Of a stretch of 64,000 nucleotides of DNA, positions 26,645-36,460 are shown one piece after another. The stretch spans positions 46,495 to 110,494 of the forward strand of contig DASUHB010000064.1 in NCBI GenBank assembly GCA_036273715.1. Reading direction: 5' to 3'. The position numbers were made by a program, and so were the translations under genes. The DNA comes from Gemmatimonadaceae bacterium. GTDB taxonomy: Bacteria; Gemmatimonadota; Gemmatimonadetes; Gemmatimonadales; Gemmatimonadaceae. Position 1 is the first letter of the stretch. Every line of letters begins with the position of its first letter. A model generated the notes under the pieces. That model was not told where the DNA came from, did no database searches, and saw only the letters and a program-made list of their open reading frames with translations.

Positions 26645-28033
26645 ATGACCGATGTACACGTCGATGCACTCGTCATTGGATCGGGCCAAGGTGGAGGTCC
26701 GCTCGCGGGCGCGCTCGCGCGAGCCGGTCGCCGCACCGTGTTGGTTGAGCGGCGTCATATCGGTGGCGCTTGTATCAACGAAGGCTGCACGCCCACCAAG
26801 ACGATGATCGCGAGCGCGCGCGTCGCATATCTCGCGAAGCGCTCGGCGGATTTCGGGGTCCGGTGCGGCAACGTCACAGTCGACTTGCCTGCCGTCGTCG
26901 CGCGCAAGCGCGCCATCGTGTCCGAGTTCAGACAGAGCAGCGAACACTCGATCACTCGCGCCGGCGTGGAGATTCTCTTCGGCGATGCCCACTTCGTCGG
27001 AGAACGTCGCGTAGAAGTGCGCGCGTCAGACGGTTCGACGCGCAAGATGGCCGCCTCCACGATCATCATCAACGCCGGCGCTCGTCCTGCACGACCCGCC
27101 ATTCCCGGGCTCGAGCAGGTGTCGACGTTGGATTCGACCTCCGTCATGGACCTGGAGGTGCTGCCGGCACATCTGCTCGTCCTCGGCGGCGGGTACGTAG
27201 GCGTCGAGTTCGCGCAGATGTTTCGCCGATTCGGCAGCCGTGTCACGATCGTCGAGCACGGCCCGCGGCTCCTCGGCCACGAAGACGAGGACGTCGCGCA
27301 GGCAGTCGCGTCGATTCTGCGCGAGGACGGCATCGACCTCGTCCTCGACGCGCGCGCCACCGGCGTCGAGCAGTCGCCTAACGGAATCAGTCTCGGCGCC
27401 GCAACGCGCGACGGCGACCGGCGCATCACGGCGACGCATCTCCTGGTGGCCACCGGGCGTGTGCCTAACACAGACACGCTCGCCGCCGAGCGTGCGGGCG
27501 TCGCGCTCGACGAACGAGGTCACATCCGCGTCGATGACCATCTCGCAACCACGGCTCCCGGCGTCTACGCCGTCGGCGACGTGAAAGGCGGCCCGGCTTT
27601 CACACACATCTCCTACGATGACTTCCGGATTCTGCGCACGAACCTGCTCGAGGGCGGCTCGGCGTCGATCGCCGGCCGGCTCGTGCCGTACACCGTGTTC
27701 ATGGATCCCCAGCTGGGCCGGGTCGGGATGACGGAGCGCGAGGCGCGCGATCAACAACGCCGCATTGCCGTCGCGACGATGCCGATGTCGAAAGTGGCTA
27801 GGGCGCTCGAGACGGCGGAATCGCGCGGCTTCATGAAAGCCATCGTCGATCGAGACAGCCACCTGATCCTCGGCTGCGCCATCCTCGGCATCGAGGGCGG
27901 CGAGATCATGAGCATGCTTCAGCTCGCCATGATGGGCGGCCTGCCATACACCGCGCTGCGCGACGCGGTGCTCGCGCATCCAACGCTTGCCGAGTCCTTG
28001 AACAACCTCTTCCTGGAGCTGACTGCGGTGTAG
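26645..28033 (+). CDS. Class I pyridine nucleotide-disulfide oxidoreductase (flavoprotein disulfide reductase, substrate unknown)
   Basis: FAD-binding DALVIGSGQGGGPLA, a redox-active GGACINEGCTPTK (CxxxxC), and the C-terminal dimerisation-domain HPTLAE. Start taken at ATG 26645. Confidence 0.8.
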   Translation: MTDVHVDALVIGSGQGGGPLAGALARAGRRTVLVERRHIGGACINEGCTPTKTMIASARVAYLAKRSADFGVRCGNVTVDLPAVVARKRAIVSEFRQSSEHSITRAGVEILFGDAHFVGERRVEVRASDGSTRKMAASTIIINAGARPARPAIPGLEQVSTLDSTSVMDLEVLPAHLLVLGGGYVGVEFAQMFRRFGSRVTIVEHGPRLLGHEDEDVAQAVASILREDGIDLVLDARATGVEQSPNGISLGAATRDGDRRITATHLLVATGRVPNTDTLAAERAGVALDERGHIRVDDHLATTAPGVYAVGDVKGGPAFTHISYDDFRILRTNLLEGGSASIAGRLVPYTVFMDPQLGRVGMTEREARDQQRRIAVATMPMSKVARALETAESRGFMKAIVDRDSHLILGCAILGIEGGEIMSMLQLAMMGGLPYTALRDAVLAHPTLAESLNNLFLELTAV

Positions 28034-28139
28034 TACCCGAACGCACGCAGCGCGCTCGGCGAACCGGGCTGCACCGTGTACATTCAGAAACGGGAGAGGT
28101 TGGCCACATGCTGCGGATCGATACGACGCCGGCCCTTCG

Positions 28140-29762
28140 ATGACGATCGAATTCCAACCGTTCAGCCCGGACGCGCGCGCACGTTTGACGCGCGTGTGGC
28201 CCGTCGCACGACCATGGTTCATCTGGAGCGCCATTCTGACGGCCGCTACCGTGGCCATGTATTACGTGCGCACCGACATCAACGAAGGGCACGTCGCGCT
28301 CGCGTATCTGCTGATCGTGTTAGGCGGCAGCGTGAGCGGCGGACGCGCGCTCGGGTTGACCCTGGCGTGCTCCGGCTTCCTGCTCATCGATTACTACTTT
28401 CAGCCGCCATTCGACCAGTGGAACGTCGACAAACCACTCGACTGGGTCGCGCTGATCTCGTTCCTCGTCGTGGCCGCGGTGGCCACGCAGCTGCTCGTTC
28501 GCGCGCAGGAAGCCGCGAGCCGCGCGAGGCAACGCGCCGATGAAGTCGCATGGCTGTCGCGACTGGGCGCGGAAGCACTGAACGCCGGCCGTGCGTCCGA
28601 TGCGCTGCACGCCATTGCAGAAATCGTCCATCGTACGCTGAACGCGGTCGGCTGCAGCATCTTTGCCTGGGACAATTCGCGGTTAGGCGACGAACCGATC
28701 GCCAGCGCCGGGCAGGACGCGGGCGCCCTCGATGCCGGCGACCGCGAGCTCGCCGCCTGGGTCGGTGAACGCGGATTTGCCGCCGCCATCGGGCCCGGCG
28801 GCGAGATCCAGCGAGGCGTCTCGGCGGTGGCCGATGATGGGCTGGGGGTCGACGCGGACGATGCGCGCACGCTCGTGCTGCCGCTGCTCGTGAATGCGCG
28901 CACCGTCGGCGTGCTGCACGTCGCGTCCTCCGAGCCGATCGCGCGCGGTCGCGCCCGGCGGCGCTTTCTCGGTGCATTGGCGTACTACGCAGCGTTAGGC
29001 GTCGAGCGCCTCCGCCTCGAGACGGAAGCCGACCATGCGACCGCCCTGCGCGAAGCCGATCGCATGAAGGACTTCGTGCTCGCATCGGTGTCGCACGATC
29101 TGCGCACGCCGCTCACGGCGATCAAGGCGCTCGCCCACGACGCCGCCGGCCGCGGCGAGCCGAGCGCTGCCGTCATCGAGGAGCAAGCCGATCGGCTGAG
29201 CCGAATGGTGGGCGACCTGCTCGACCTGTCGCGCATGAAAGCCGGTCCCTTCCCGGTGCGCGTGGAGCTCAACACCGCCGAAGACCTCATCGGCGCGGTG
29301 GTGCGTCAGTTAGGCCAATCGCTCGACGGGCGCTTGCAAACGCCGCGGCTAAACCTCGAACAGCCCGCGCTGCTCGGCCGGTTCGACTTCGTCCAATCGA
29401 TGCGCATCCTCGTGAACCTCATCGAGAACGCGGATCGGTATGCACCGCCGGGTACGACCATCGATCTCGACGTGTGCCGCCGTGGCGACGCGATCTGGTT
29501 CGCGGTGTCCGATCGCGGCCCGGGGGTGCCACCCTCGGAAGCAGAGCGGATCTTCCATCCTTTTTATCAGCCCGACACTCGCGCTGGCGGCCGCAAAGGC
29601 GGCGCTGGCCTGGGCTTGGCGATCGCTCGAGGGCTCGCACAAGCGCAAGGCGGCGATTTACGCTATGAACCCCGCAAAGGCGGCGGCAGCGTGTTCAGCC
29701 TCTCGCTGCCGGCGATGGACGACGCCAACTCGACCAGTCCGACCCCAATAGCCGCCACATAG
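28140..29762 (+). CDS. Sensor histidine kinase with a KdpD-type membrane domain (DUF4118)-GAF-HisKA-HATPase architecture
   Basis: N-terminal 4-TM region like the KdpD C-terminal half, an H-box SHDLRTPLTAIKA, and a G2 box GGAGLGLAIARGLA. No response regulator is adjacent. Confidence 0.85.
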   Translation: MTIEFQPFSPDARARLTRVWPVARPWFIWSAILTAATVAMYYVRTDINEGHVALAYLLIVLGGSVSGGRALGLTLACSGFLLIDYYFQPPFDQWNVDKPLDWVALISFLVVAAVATQLLVRAQEAASRARQRADEVAWLSRLGAEALNAGRASDALHAIAEIVHRTLNAVGCSIFAWDNSRLGDEPIASAGQDAGALDAGDRELAAWVGERGFAAAIGPGGEIQRGVSAVADDGLGVDADDARTLVLPLLVNARTVGVLHVASSEPIARGRARRRFLGALAYYAALGVERLRLETEADHATALREADRMKDFVLASVSHDLRTPLTAIKALAHDAAGRGEPSAAVIEEQADRLSRMVGDLLDLSRMKAGPFPVRVELNTAEDLIGAVVRQLGQSLDGRLQTPRLNLEQPALLGRFDFVQSMRILVNLIENADRYAPPGTTIDLDVCRRGDAIWFAVSDRGPGVPPSEAERIFHPFYQPDTRAGGRKGGAGLGLAIARGLAQAQGGDLRYEPRKGGGSVFSLSLPAMDDANSTSPTPIAAT

Positions 29763-30101
29763 CAGGCCGCCTTCCGTTTCCCAGCCGCGGCAGGTGCTGT
29801 CGCAAAACAACCCCACCCTCGCAGTTAGCCCCGTCTAACGCACCCGTGCCCCCCGGGCGCGTTCTGTAACAACGGTGTCCAGCTCTTAGACACCGCTCCG
29901 GCGGACGGCGCGTGCAAACCAGCCAGCAGAACTGCTTTAGCCACTGATAGGTATCGTACCGCGCGCGGCGAATCGGTCATTCTGACTTTCCGGTACGGCG
30001 GTTGCCTTAGGTCTGGGCGCGATCCCAGGTGGGGTCACCGCGCCGGCGGCGCCAAGCCGGCGAATGGCCAAGTCACCCAGTGCACGTGCAACGGAGACCC
30101 T

Positions 30102-30671
30102 ATGCTGCGAACCAGAATGCGCATGCTTGTCCTGTCGGCGGTGCTCATCGCCACGAGCGCCAGTTGCTTTTCCGACATGGGCCCGACCGGGATCTCCACG
30201 CCAGAGGTTCCGAAGACCAATCAGTCGCTGAACCTGCCGATCCTGACGCCGATCCTCAATACGGCGACCAGCCTGGTCGGTACGCTGTTTCAGTGCACGC
30301 CGCAGCCGTTCGCGGCAGACACCGAGGTCGTCGGCTCGGCCGGCGGTGTCATCACGATGGGCAAGCACAAGCTGGTGATCCCGGCCGGCGCGTTGTCGAG
30401 TCCGGTGCGGATCATTGGTTCGGCCCCGGTCGACAAGGTGGTGTCGGTGCAGTTCCAGCCTGAAGGGCTGCAGTTCAACCCCAATCATCTACCGCAGCTC
30501 ACGCTGGACTACAGCGCATGTCCGATCGTTCCGGTGCTCCTGCCGAAACGCATCGCGTACACCGACAGCAAGCTGAACATCCTGTCGTACTTGCTGTCGG
30601 TCGACAACCTGCTGACACGCCGCGTGAGCGGGCAGGTGCATCACTTCTCGCGGTACGCAATCGCCTGGTGA
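30102..30671 (+). CDS. Hypothetical lipoprotein
   Basis: Signal peptide with a lipobox (LIATSASC). No recognisable domain. Visibly less GC-rich codon usage than its neighbours. Confidence 0.55.
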   Translation: MLRTRMRMLVLSAVLIATSASCFSDMGPTGISTPEVPKTNQSLNLPILTPILNTATSLVGTLFQCTPQPFAADTEVVGSAGGVITMGKHKLVIPAGALSSPVRIIGSAPVDKVVSVQFQPEGLQFNPNHLPQLTLDYSACPIVPVLLPKRIAYTDSKLNILSYLLSVDNLLTRRVSGQVHHFSRYAIAW

Positions 30672-30679
30672 GGACGTAA

Positions 30680-32320
30680 GTGTCACACACGATCCCGACG
30701 CGCTCCGGCGTCGGTCTCGCACAATCGCCGACGCGGTGGGGGAACGCGCAGTACCCCTACCGCGCCGGCGATCTGCTTGTCCGGGCGCGGGAGTGCGAGC
30801 GATCCGGCTGCATTCCCGAAGCAATGGATGCATACGACAGCGCCGTCGCAGCGGCGGAGACGAGTGGCGAGAAGACGGTGCTGGCGGAAGCGCTGCGCCG
30901 GTTGGCGGTCCTGCACCATCACCGCAACGACGCCACGCGCGCGCGAGCGCTGTGCGAGCGCAGCCGCGACGTGGCCATGGAGGCGCAGCACCTCCTGCTT
31001 GCTGCGGAAGCCCTGAACGTTCTCGCGGGCTTCGAGTTCGAGGCGGGCAAAATCGCGTCCGCCCGGGACACGTTCCACCAGGCGCTCGAGTTAGGCGGCG
31101 ATGTACTCGAGCTGCGAGCGCGTGTGGAACAGAATCTCGGCGTCCTCGCCAACACGCAGGGCGACGTCGTCGCTGCGCTGGCGCACTATCAGCGCTCGCT
31201 CGATGCGTGCCGGACGCTCGGCGACGAGAAAGGCTGCGCCATCGCCTACCATAACCTCGGCATGCTCAGTGCGGACCGCGAGCAATGGGATGACGCGGAT
31301 CGCTACTATGCGCAGAGCATCGCCATCGCCGAGTCGATCGGCGACGTCCACCTGCGCGGGTTGTGCCTGCTCAACAACGCGGAGGTGCATCTCGCCCGCC
31401 AGCGGTACGACACCGCGCGCCGGGGCGCCGAAGCTGCGTTAGGCATCTTCGATCAACTGGGCGCGCGGCTCGACAAGGCCGACGCGTACAAAGTGATCGG
31501 CGTCGTGTTCCGCGAGACGGGGCGCTACGCCCTTGCCGAGTCGCGCCTGCGGGCCGCCATCGATCACGCGGTGTCGACGGGCTCGGTCCTCAGCGAGGCG
31601 GAAAGCTCAAGGGAGCTCGCGCGTCTGTTCCAAGCGATGGGGCGGAATCAGGAAGCGCTCACCATGCTCAACTCGGCGCACCGGTTGTTCGGCCGCCTGG
31701 ACGCGCGCCGGGATCTCGTCGATGTCGATGCCAAGCGCGCGAATCTCGAGGATACGTTCCTGGCGATCGTTCGCGACTGGGGTCAATCGATCGAATCGGC
31801 CGACAGCTACACGTTCGGCCACTGCGAACGCGTGGCGCAGTATGCGATCGAGGTGGCGCGCGCGCTGGGCCTGGACGAGACGCAGCAGACGACCGTTCGG
31901 TTAGGCGCGTATCTCCACGACCTCGGCAAGGTCCGCGTGCCGCACGAGATCCTGAACAAGGCCGGGCCGCTCACGGCGGATGAATTCGCGACCATGCAGA
32001 TGCACCCGGTGTGGGGGATCGAGTTGCTCGCGACGGTGGAATTCCCGTGGGATCTCAAGCCGATCATCCGATGGCACCACGAGAAGTACGATGGCTCGGG
32101 GTATCCCGACCGGCTGCGCGGCGACGAGATTCCGTTGGCGGCGCAGATCATTTGCATCGTCGATGTGTTCGACGCACTCACCACGACCCGCAGCTACCGC
32201 GGCGCGTTGCCGTTCGAGGAAGCGCTGCGCCGCATGCGCGAGTCGCGCGGCTGGTGGCGCCCCGACGTGTACAACGCCTTCATGCAAACGGTCGCCCTCG
32301 GAAAACAGCCGGCCGCCTGA
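30680..32320 (+). CDS. TPR-repeat protein with a C-terminal HD-GYP domain (c-di-GMP phosphodiesterase family)
   Basis: Multiple TPR-like helical repeats, then HCERVAQYA...YLHDLGKVRVP...HHEKYDGSGYPDRL. The start is GTG. Confidence 0.85.
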   Translation: MSHTIPTRSGVGLAQSPTRWGNAQYPYRAGDLLVRARECERSGCIPEAMDAYDSAVAAAETSGEKTVLAEALRRLAVLHHHRNDATRARALCERSRDVAMEAQHLLLAAEALNVLAGFEFEAGKIASARDTFHQALELGGDVLELRARVEQNLGVLANTQGDVVAALAHYQRSLDACRTLGDEKGCAIAYHNLGMLSADREQWDDADRYYAQSIAIAESIGDVHLRGLCLLNNAEVHLARQRYDTARRGAEAALGIFDQLGARLDKADAYKVIGVVFRETGRYALAESRLRAAIDHAVSTGSVLSEAESSRELARLFQAMGRNQEALTMLNSAHRLFGRLDARRDLVDVDAKRANLEDTFLAIVRDWGQSIESADSYTFGHCERVAQYAIEVARALGLDETQQTTVRLGAYLHDLGKVRVPHEILNKAGPLTADEFATMQMHPVWGIELLATVEFPWDLKPIIRWHHEKYDGSGYPDRLRGDEIPLAAQIICIVDVFDALTTTRSYRGALPFEEALRRMRESRGWWRPDVYNAFMQTVALGKQPAA

Positions 32321-32327
32321 TGCCAGA

Positions 32328-32360
32328 AACCCCCATGCCCAACGATCGGGCATGGGGGTT
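32328..32360. terminator. Bidirectional hairpin between convergent genes
   Basis: AACCCCCATGCCC (32328-32340), loop AACGATC, GGGCATGGGGGTT (32348-32360): a perfect 13-bp stem. On the minus-strand transcript it is followed by UUUCU; the U-tract is weak on the plus strand. Confidence 0.6.
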
Positions 32361-32440
32361 CTGACATCAGCGGACGCGCGGGGCGCCCCGGAGCGCCCCC
32401 CGGTGCCGCTGGTGCCGGACCGGGAAGGCGAATGGAGGCG

Positions 32441-32872
32441 TCAGTGGCTGGTCGTGTCGTGCGGCATGCTCGACGAGTCACTCTTCACTGTGAAACTGAG
32501 ATTCAGGGCTTTCAGCACGTCGTTGATGTCGGTGCTCGTGATGTTCTTCTGCTGACGGATGCACTGGACGCCCTGCTCGGTCTTGGCGCTCCACACGCCA
32601 TCAGCCGATCCAGCGTCGCATCCGTTCGAGTTGATGGCCTTCTGCAACTGCTTCACCTGGTCGCTCGTTAGGCCAGGATTCTTGGCCGTGGTCATCGGCG
32701 AACCGAGTTTCCCGTACGACGTGTCTTGCGTCACCTTGCTCGTCGTGTCCATGCGGGTCGTCGTGTCCATCCGCGTGGTCGTGTCGTGCGTCGGTGGTGT
32801 CGTTTGCTGCGCGAACGCCAGTGCGGGGACCAGCGCGAGCGTGCAAGCGAGCGCGGTGATCTTCCGGATCAT
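32441..32872 (-). CDS. Secreted protein with a peptidoglycan-binding-like domain and an N-terminal TTTRMD repeat
   Basis: ATG 32872 is preceded by GGAGG. Signal peptide ending AFAQ, then QTTPPTHDTTTRMDTTTRMDTTSK, then LTSDQVKQLQKAINSNGCDAGSADGVW (PG_binding_1-like). Confidence 0.65.
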   Translation of the reverse strand: MIRKITALACTLALVPALAFAQQTTPPTHDTTTRMDTTTRMDTTSKVTQDTSYGKLGSPMTTAKNPGLTSDQVKQLQKAINSNGCDAGSADGVWSAKTEQGVQCIRQQKNITSTDINDVLKALNLSFTVKSDSSSMPHDTTSH

Positions 32873-33105
32873 AGTAAACCTCCTAAGCATCTGCGAAGAC
32901 GATCGCCTTCCGTGGTGCTCGTCGCTGAAGTGCGCGAGTCCGGGGCGCACCTAGCACATGAGCAAGCAATGGACCGATGGATCGGTGCGACGCATGGACG
33001 ACCACGTGTGCGGCGATGATTGTGCGACTTTAATTCCGCTCGACGCGACGGCTCGCTCTCAGAGTGAGAATCGTGTAATAAACCGCTCGATTCCCGCTGC
33101 GCAGG

Positions 33106-33681
33106 TCACTCGCGCAGGCCGATGTGTCTCCCCGTATGCGATGTGCTGTCCCGTTTGCCGGACGTCGTGTAATCGCTCGGATAGTAAAAGCGGAACGCGA
33201 CGCGGTCGCACTGAATCACTGCAAACGGGTCGCCGCGCTCGATCAGCTTTTCGTAATCCTCGCGGCTGGGCTGGCAGCTGTACGCCTCGGGGCCGCCGGC
33301 AGTGCAGTACTGCGGATCGTCCGTCAGACAGGTTGCCGGCGTGTGCGTGTGCAGCTCGGGCGTCCCGGCGTGGCACTCGAACGAGACGTGGTTAGGCGAC
33401 GCAGCCGTCACGTTCGCGGGTCGGACCTCGAGCACGTGGAAGATGCTGTCGACCTTGGTCGGCGAGATCATGCGGGCGACGATCCTCGCGCGGCGCACGC
33501 AATACGCGCGCTCCGGCTGCGCCGAGTCGTTTCGCCATGCGGCGCGCAACATGGTGCGCGCGCTGTCCTCCATCACACCGAAGCGCACGACCTGCGCGCG
33601 TGCGCTCGCCATGATGAGGCACACTGCGCCAAGTGCCCAACGGAAGGCGCGCGCATCCACAATCAGCGGCGACCGTCTCAT
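33106..33681 (-). CDS. Hypothetical secreted Cys-containing protein
   Basis: 191 aa with an N-terminal signal-like segment. The start overlaps the S9 peptidase stop (ATGA), implying co-transcription. No domain recognised. Confidence 0.5.
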   Translation of the reverse strand: MRRSPLIVDARAFRWALGAVCLIMASARAQVVRFGVMEDSARTMLRAAWRNDSAQPERAYCVRRARIVARMISPTKVDSIFHVLEVRPANVTAASPNHVSFECHAGTPELHTHTPATCLTDDPQYCTAGGPEAYSCQPSREDYEKLIERGDPFAVIQCDRVAFRFYYPSDYTTSGKRDSTSHTGRHIGLRE

Positions 33682-35669
33682 CGCGATCGCTCCGGCGCCG
33701 CGCGCGCGAGTGCGCGCTCGAGAAACGCCGCGACGCGACGGTAGGCGAGCACCCGATTGGACGCCACCCGAAGGCCCCGCCCTCCGTCGGGAAAGCGCAG
33801 ATACTCGACCGCTCCGCCATTCGCGCGGACGGCGCGAACGAACCGGTCGGCCGCGGCCACCGGGTCGTGTGGATCCTGCGTGTCGTGGATCACCATGAGC
33901 GGGGCGCGAATGCTGTCGACGTGCGAGATCGGTGAGATGTCGAGCAGAAATTGGCGGTTCGTACTGTCATCCACGGTTCCGTATTCGGCGCGATCGATGG
34001 CCGCGCGCATCGGCGGCGAAGCGGCCAGCGCGGCGACCCAGTTAGACACCCCCGAAATTGCGACGCCTGCCTTGAACCGGTCGGGGAGCAGGGCGAGCGC
34101 GGCCAACGCCATGAATCCGCCATATGACCTGCCGTACACCGCGGCGCGCGAGGTGTCTGCCAGGCGGGAATGTGCGAGCCAGTCCATTGCCGCACCCATG
34201 TCACGCACCGCATCGGCGCGATGACGGCCGTCGTCCAGTTGCGTGTATCGTCGGCCGTAGCCGGTCGAACCGCGGTAGTCGAGGTCGAGCACGGCGATGC
34301 CGCGGGTGACGAGATACTGAAACAGCGGGTGGAATGTCGCCGTCGCGTGGCTGGACGGCCCGTCATGCAGCGCGAGCAGCACCGGCGGTTTGTGTTTGCC
34401 CGCGTCGGACGGCAGGTAGAGCAATCCGTGGATCGTGTCGCCGCCCCAGCCGGCAAACGACACCGCGCGCGGTGCGACGAAGTCATCCGGATCGAGCCCC
34501 GCGGTCGTGGACCGCGTCGCTCGCGTTAGGCGGTGCCTGTCCACGTCGTAGAGATATACATCGCCCGGCACCTCGACACCGGCGGCGCGAATCACCAGGA
34601 CGTCGGCGCGCGGCGCCCAGCCGATGTGGTACGTGCCGTCGGGAAGCGGAGGCTGTTGCTCGGTGCCTGCGCCGCGGAGATCGAGGAGGTGCAGCGCGCT
34701 CGTGCCGGCGACGTCCTCCGTCCACGCAAGCCATCGCCCGTCGCCGGACAACGACACGGCGTCGACCGGATGACGACTAACGCCGATCCACGTGAGCGCG
34801 CGCGCGGTGGTGTCGTAGTAGGCGAGGCCGGCGATGTCGCGGCCGTCGTCGGTGGACAGGTAGAAGCCGCGGCCGTCCTGGGACCACGCAGCGCTGCGAA
34901 AGGAGGCGGCGCTGTCGGGTGCGAACAGCGTATCCACGGCGCCGGTGGTCAGGTCGAGGAGGAAGAGGTCGTTCGTCGTCTCGCCTCGCGCGCGAGACAA
35001 GAGGAGGGCGTTGCCATCGGGCCGCCACGCCTCGACGGTCACGGCGCCCGACGCGTCGAACACGCGGCGCGGCGGCTCGGATTTCCCGTTAGGCGGAATG
35101 TCCTGGATGTAGACGTCGAAGTCCGCGCCATTGCGCGCCGTGGACGTGAACGCGATGCGCCGTCCGTCGGGCGACCATCCGCCGAAGACGCGAGATGAGG
35201 AATCGGGCGGCACGAGCTCGCGCTCCTCGAGCCCGTCGGGAGAAATCAGGTAATAGCCGTCGCGTTCATCGCCGCCGCGGTCGGATGCGTAGAAGATCCA
35301 GCCGCCGGCCGGCGACCAGGCTTGCGATGTGACGCCGGTTTCGGCGAACGTCAACTGGTGAGGCGCGGGCACTCCGGGAAAACCGCTCGCCACGCTAACG
35401 GCCCAGATCTGCGGCAGACCCGTGGTGCTCGTGATGAACGAAACCTGTTCGCCGTCGGGCGATGGCGATGGATCCGTTGCCGAGCGCACATCGAGATAGC
35501 GCGCGATGGCAGGTTTATCCGAGCCTGCGAGACCGATGTCACCGGGAACCGGGCGCGGGAGATCCGCGGTATCGGTTGTGTCGGCGGCCTGCGCCGCGAG
35601 CGGTGGCGTGATGGCGAGCAGCAAAAGTGCCGTCGCGCGCCGGGCGACCGTCGACCACGCAGCGCGCAT
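33678..35669 (-). CDS. S9 family serine peptidase (prolyl oligopeptidase/acylaminoacyl-peptidase-like) with an N-terminal beta-propeller
   Basis: Signal peptide, repeated propeller-like segments (SPDG...), the catalytic GRSYGGFMAL (GxSxGG), and a C-terminal HDTQD...H region. Confidence 0.85.
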   Translation of the reverse strand: MRAAWSTVARRATALLLLAITPPLAAQAADTTDTADLPRPVPGDIGLAGSDKPAIARYLDVRSATDPSPSPDGEQVSFITSTTGLPQIWAVSVASGFPGVPAPHQLTFAETGVTSQAWSPAGGWIFYASDRGGDERDGYYLISPDGLEERELVPPDSSSRVFGGWSPDGRRIAFTSTARNGADFDVYIQDIPPNGKSEPPRRVFDASGAVTVEAWRPDGNALLLSRARGETTNDLFLLDLTTGAVDTLFAPDSAASFRSAAWSQDGRGFYLSTDDGRDIAGLAYYDTTARALTWIGVSRHPVDAVSLSGDGRWLAWTEDVAGTSALHLLDLRGAGTEQQPPLPDGTYHIGWAPRADVLVIRAAGVEVPGDVYLYDVDRHRLTRATRSTTAGLDPDDFVAPRAVSFAGWGGDTIHGLLYLPSDAGKHKPPVLLALHDGPSSHATATFHPLFQYLVTRGIAVLDLDYRGSTGYGRRYTQLDDGRHRADAVRDMGAAMDWLAHSRLADTSRAAVYGRSYGGFMALAALALLPDRFKAGVAISGVSNWVAALAASPPMRAAIDRAEYGTVDDSTNRQFLLDISPISHVDSIRAPLMVIHDTQDPHDPVAAADRFVRAVRANGGAVEYLRFPDGGRGLRVASNRVLAYRRVAAFLERALARAAPERSR

Positions 35670-35684
35670 GCCGTTCGCCCGGCG

Positions 35685-36248
35685 TCAGTGCGTCGGGGCC
35701 GTCGAGCGCCGACGCGTGTTCGACGCGCGGATGGGCTGCTGCATCGCGTCCTCGAAGAAGAGGGCGGGCGCATCCGTGACGCCCATTTCGCGCACGATGC
35801 GTCCCAGATGTCGCGCGAGCACGCGGCACTCCGAGCCCGAGAGATTGCGCAGCGCACCGATGAGGCGGATCTGGGCGACCTCTGGCGACGAGCGAAGCAG
35901 GGACCGTCCGGACGGCGTGAGTGCGAGCACGACGCGGCGGCCATCTTCGGCGGAGCGGGTGCGCGAGACGAGACGGCGCCGCACGAGGCGGTCGACGACG
36001 ACCGACACCGAGCTCTGGTGCGTGAACGTTCGGGCGGCGAGCTCGTTGAGCGAGTGGGCCGGGGCTTCGGCGAGCGCGTGCAGCACGAACAGTTGGGCAC
36101 CGCTCACGCCGAGGCGTCGTTCGGCGGCGCGAGCGGAGACGCGGAGCGATTGCACGATCCGGCGAATGGCATCGAGGGCGGCGGTGAGGTCAGCCGAGTC
36201 TTTGCGCGTGCGAGCCGGAGCGGGCCGGCGAATCGTATTGGTGGCCAT
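35685..36248 (-). CDS. MarR family transcriptional regulator
   Basis: Winged-helix segment LFVLHALAEAPAHSLNELAARTFTHQSSVSVVVDRLVRRRLVSR...DGRRVVLALTPSG. Lies upstream of the peptidase operon. Confidence 0.85.
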   Translation of the reverse strand: MATNTIRRPAPARTRKDSADLTAALDAIRRIVQSLRVSARAAERRLGVSGAQLFVLHALAEAPAHSLNELAARTFTHQSSVSVVVDRLVRRRLVSRTRSAEDGRRVVLALTPSGRSLLRSSPEVAQIRLIGALRNLSGSECRVLARHLGRIVREMGVTDAPALFFEDAMQQPIRASNTRRRSTAPTH

Positions 36249-36460
36249 TCGCGACTAATTCGAGAGGTTGCCTCGGGCGTGCCGCCGATGCCGACACAAT
36301 ATACGCCTCCCAACGAAGTCGGCTACGCGAGCGAGCGGACTCGGCGCATCTCGGCGGTGGGATGGACTGGCTAGCGAGGGTGGCGGATTGTTATCTTCAC
36401 ACCCGGCTCGCCGTTGCGAGCCGAGTCGAATGGCTCGGGTCAATCTCGTCGAGGACAAGA

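Noticed and set aside
29824-29839. GTTAGCC-CCG-TCTAAC, two near-copies of the heptamer facing each other in the 29.8-kb intergenic region.
   Set aside because: Each half has a mismatch to the abundant word, and the pairing is only 5 bp. That is too short to call a site.
36404-36423. Hairpin CGGCTCGC-CGTT-GCGAGCCG upstream of the small membrane protein gene, as a terminator or attenuator.
   Set aside because: No U-tract follows and no upstream co-directional gene needs termination. It may still be a regulator site, but it is unsupported.
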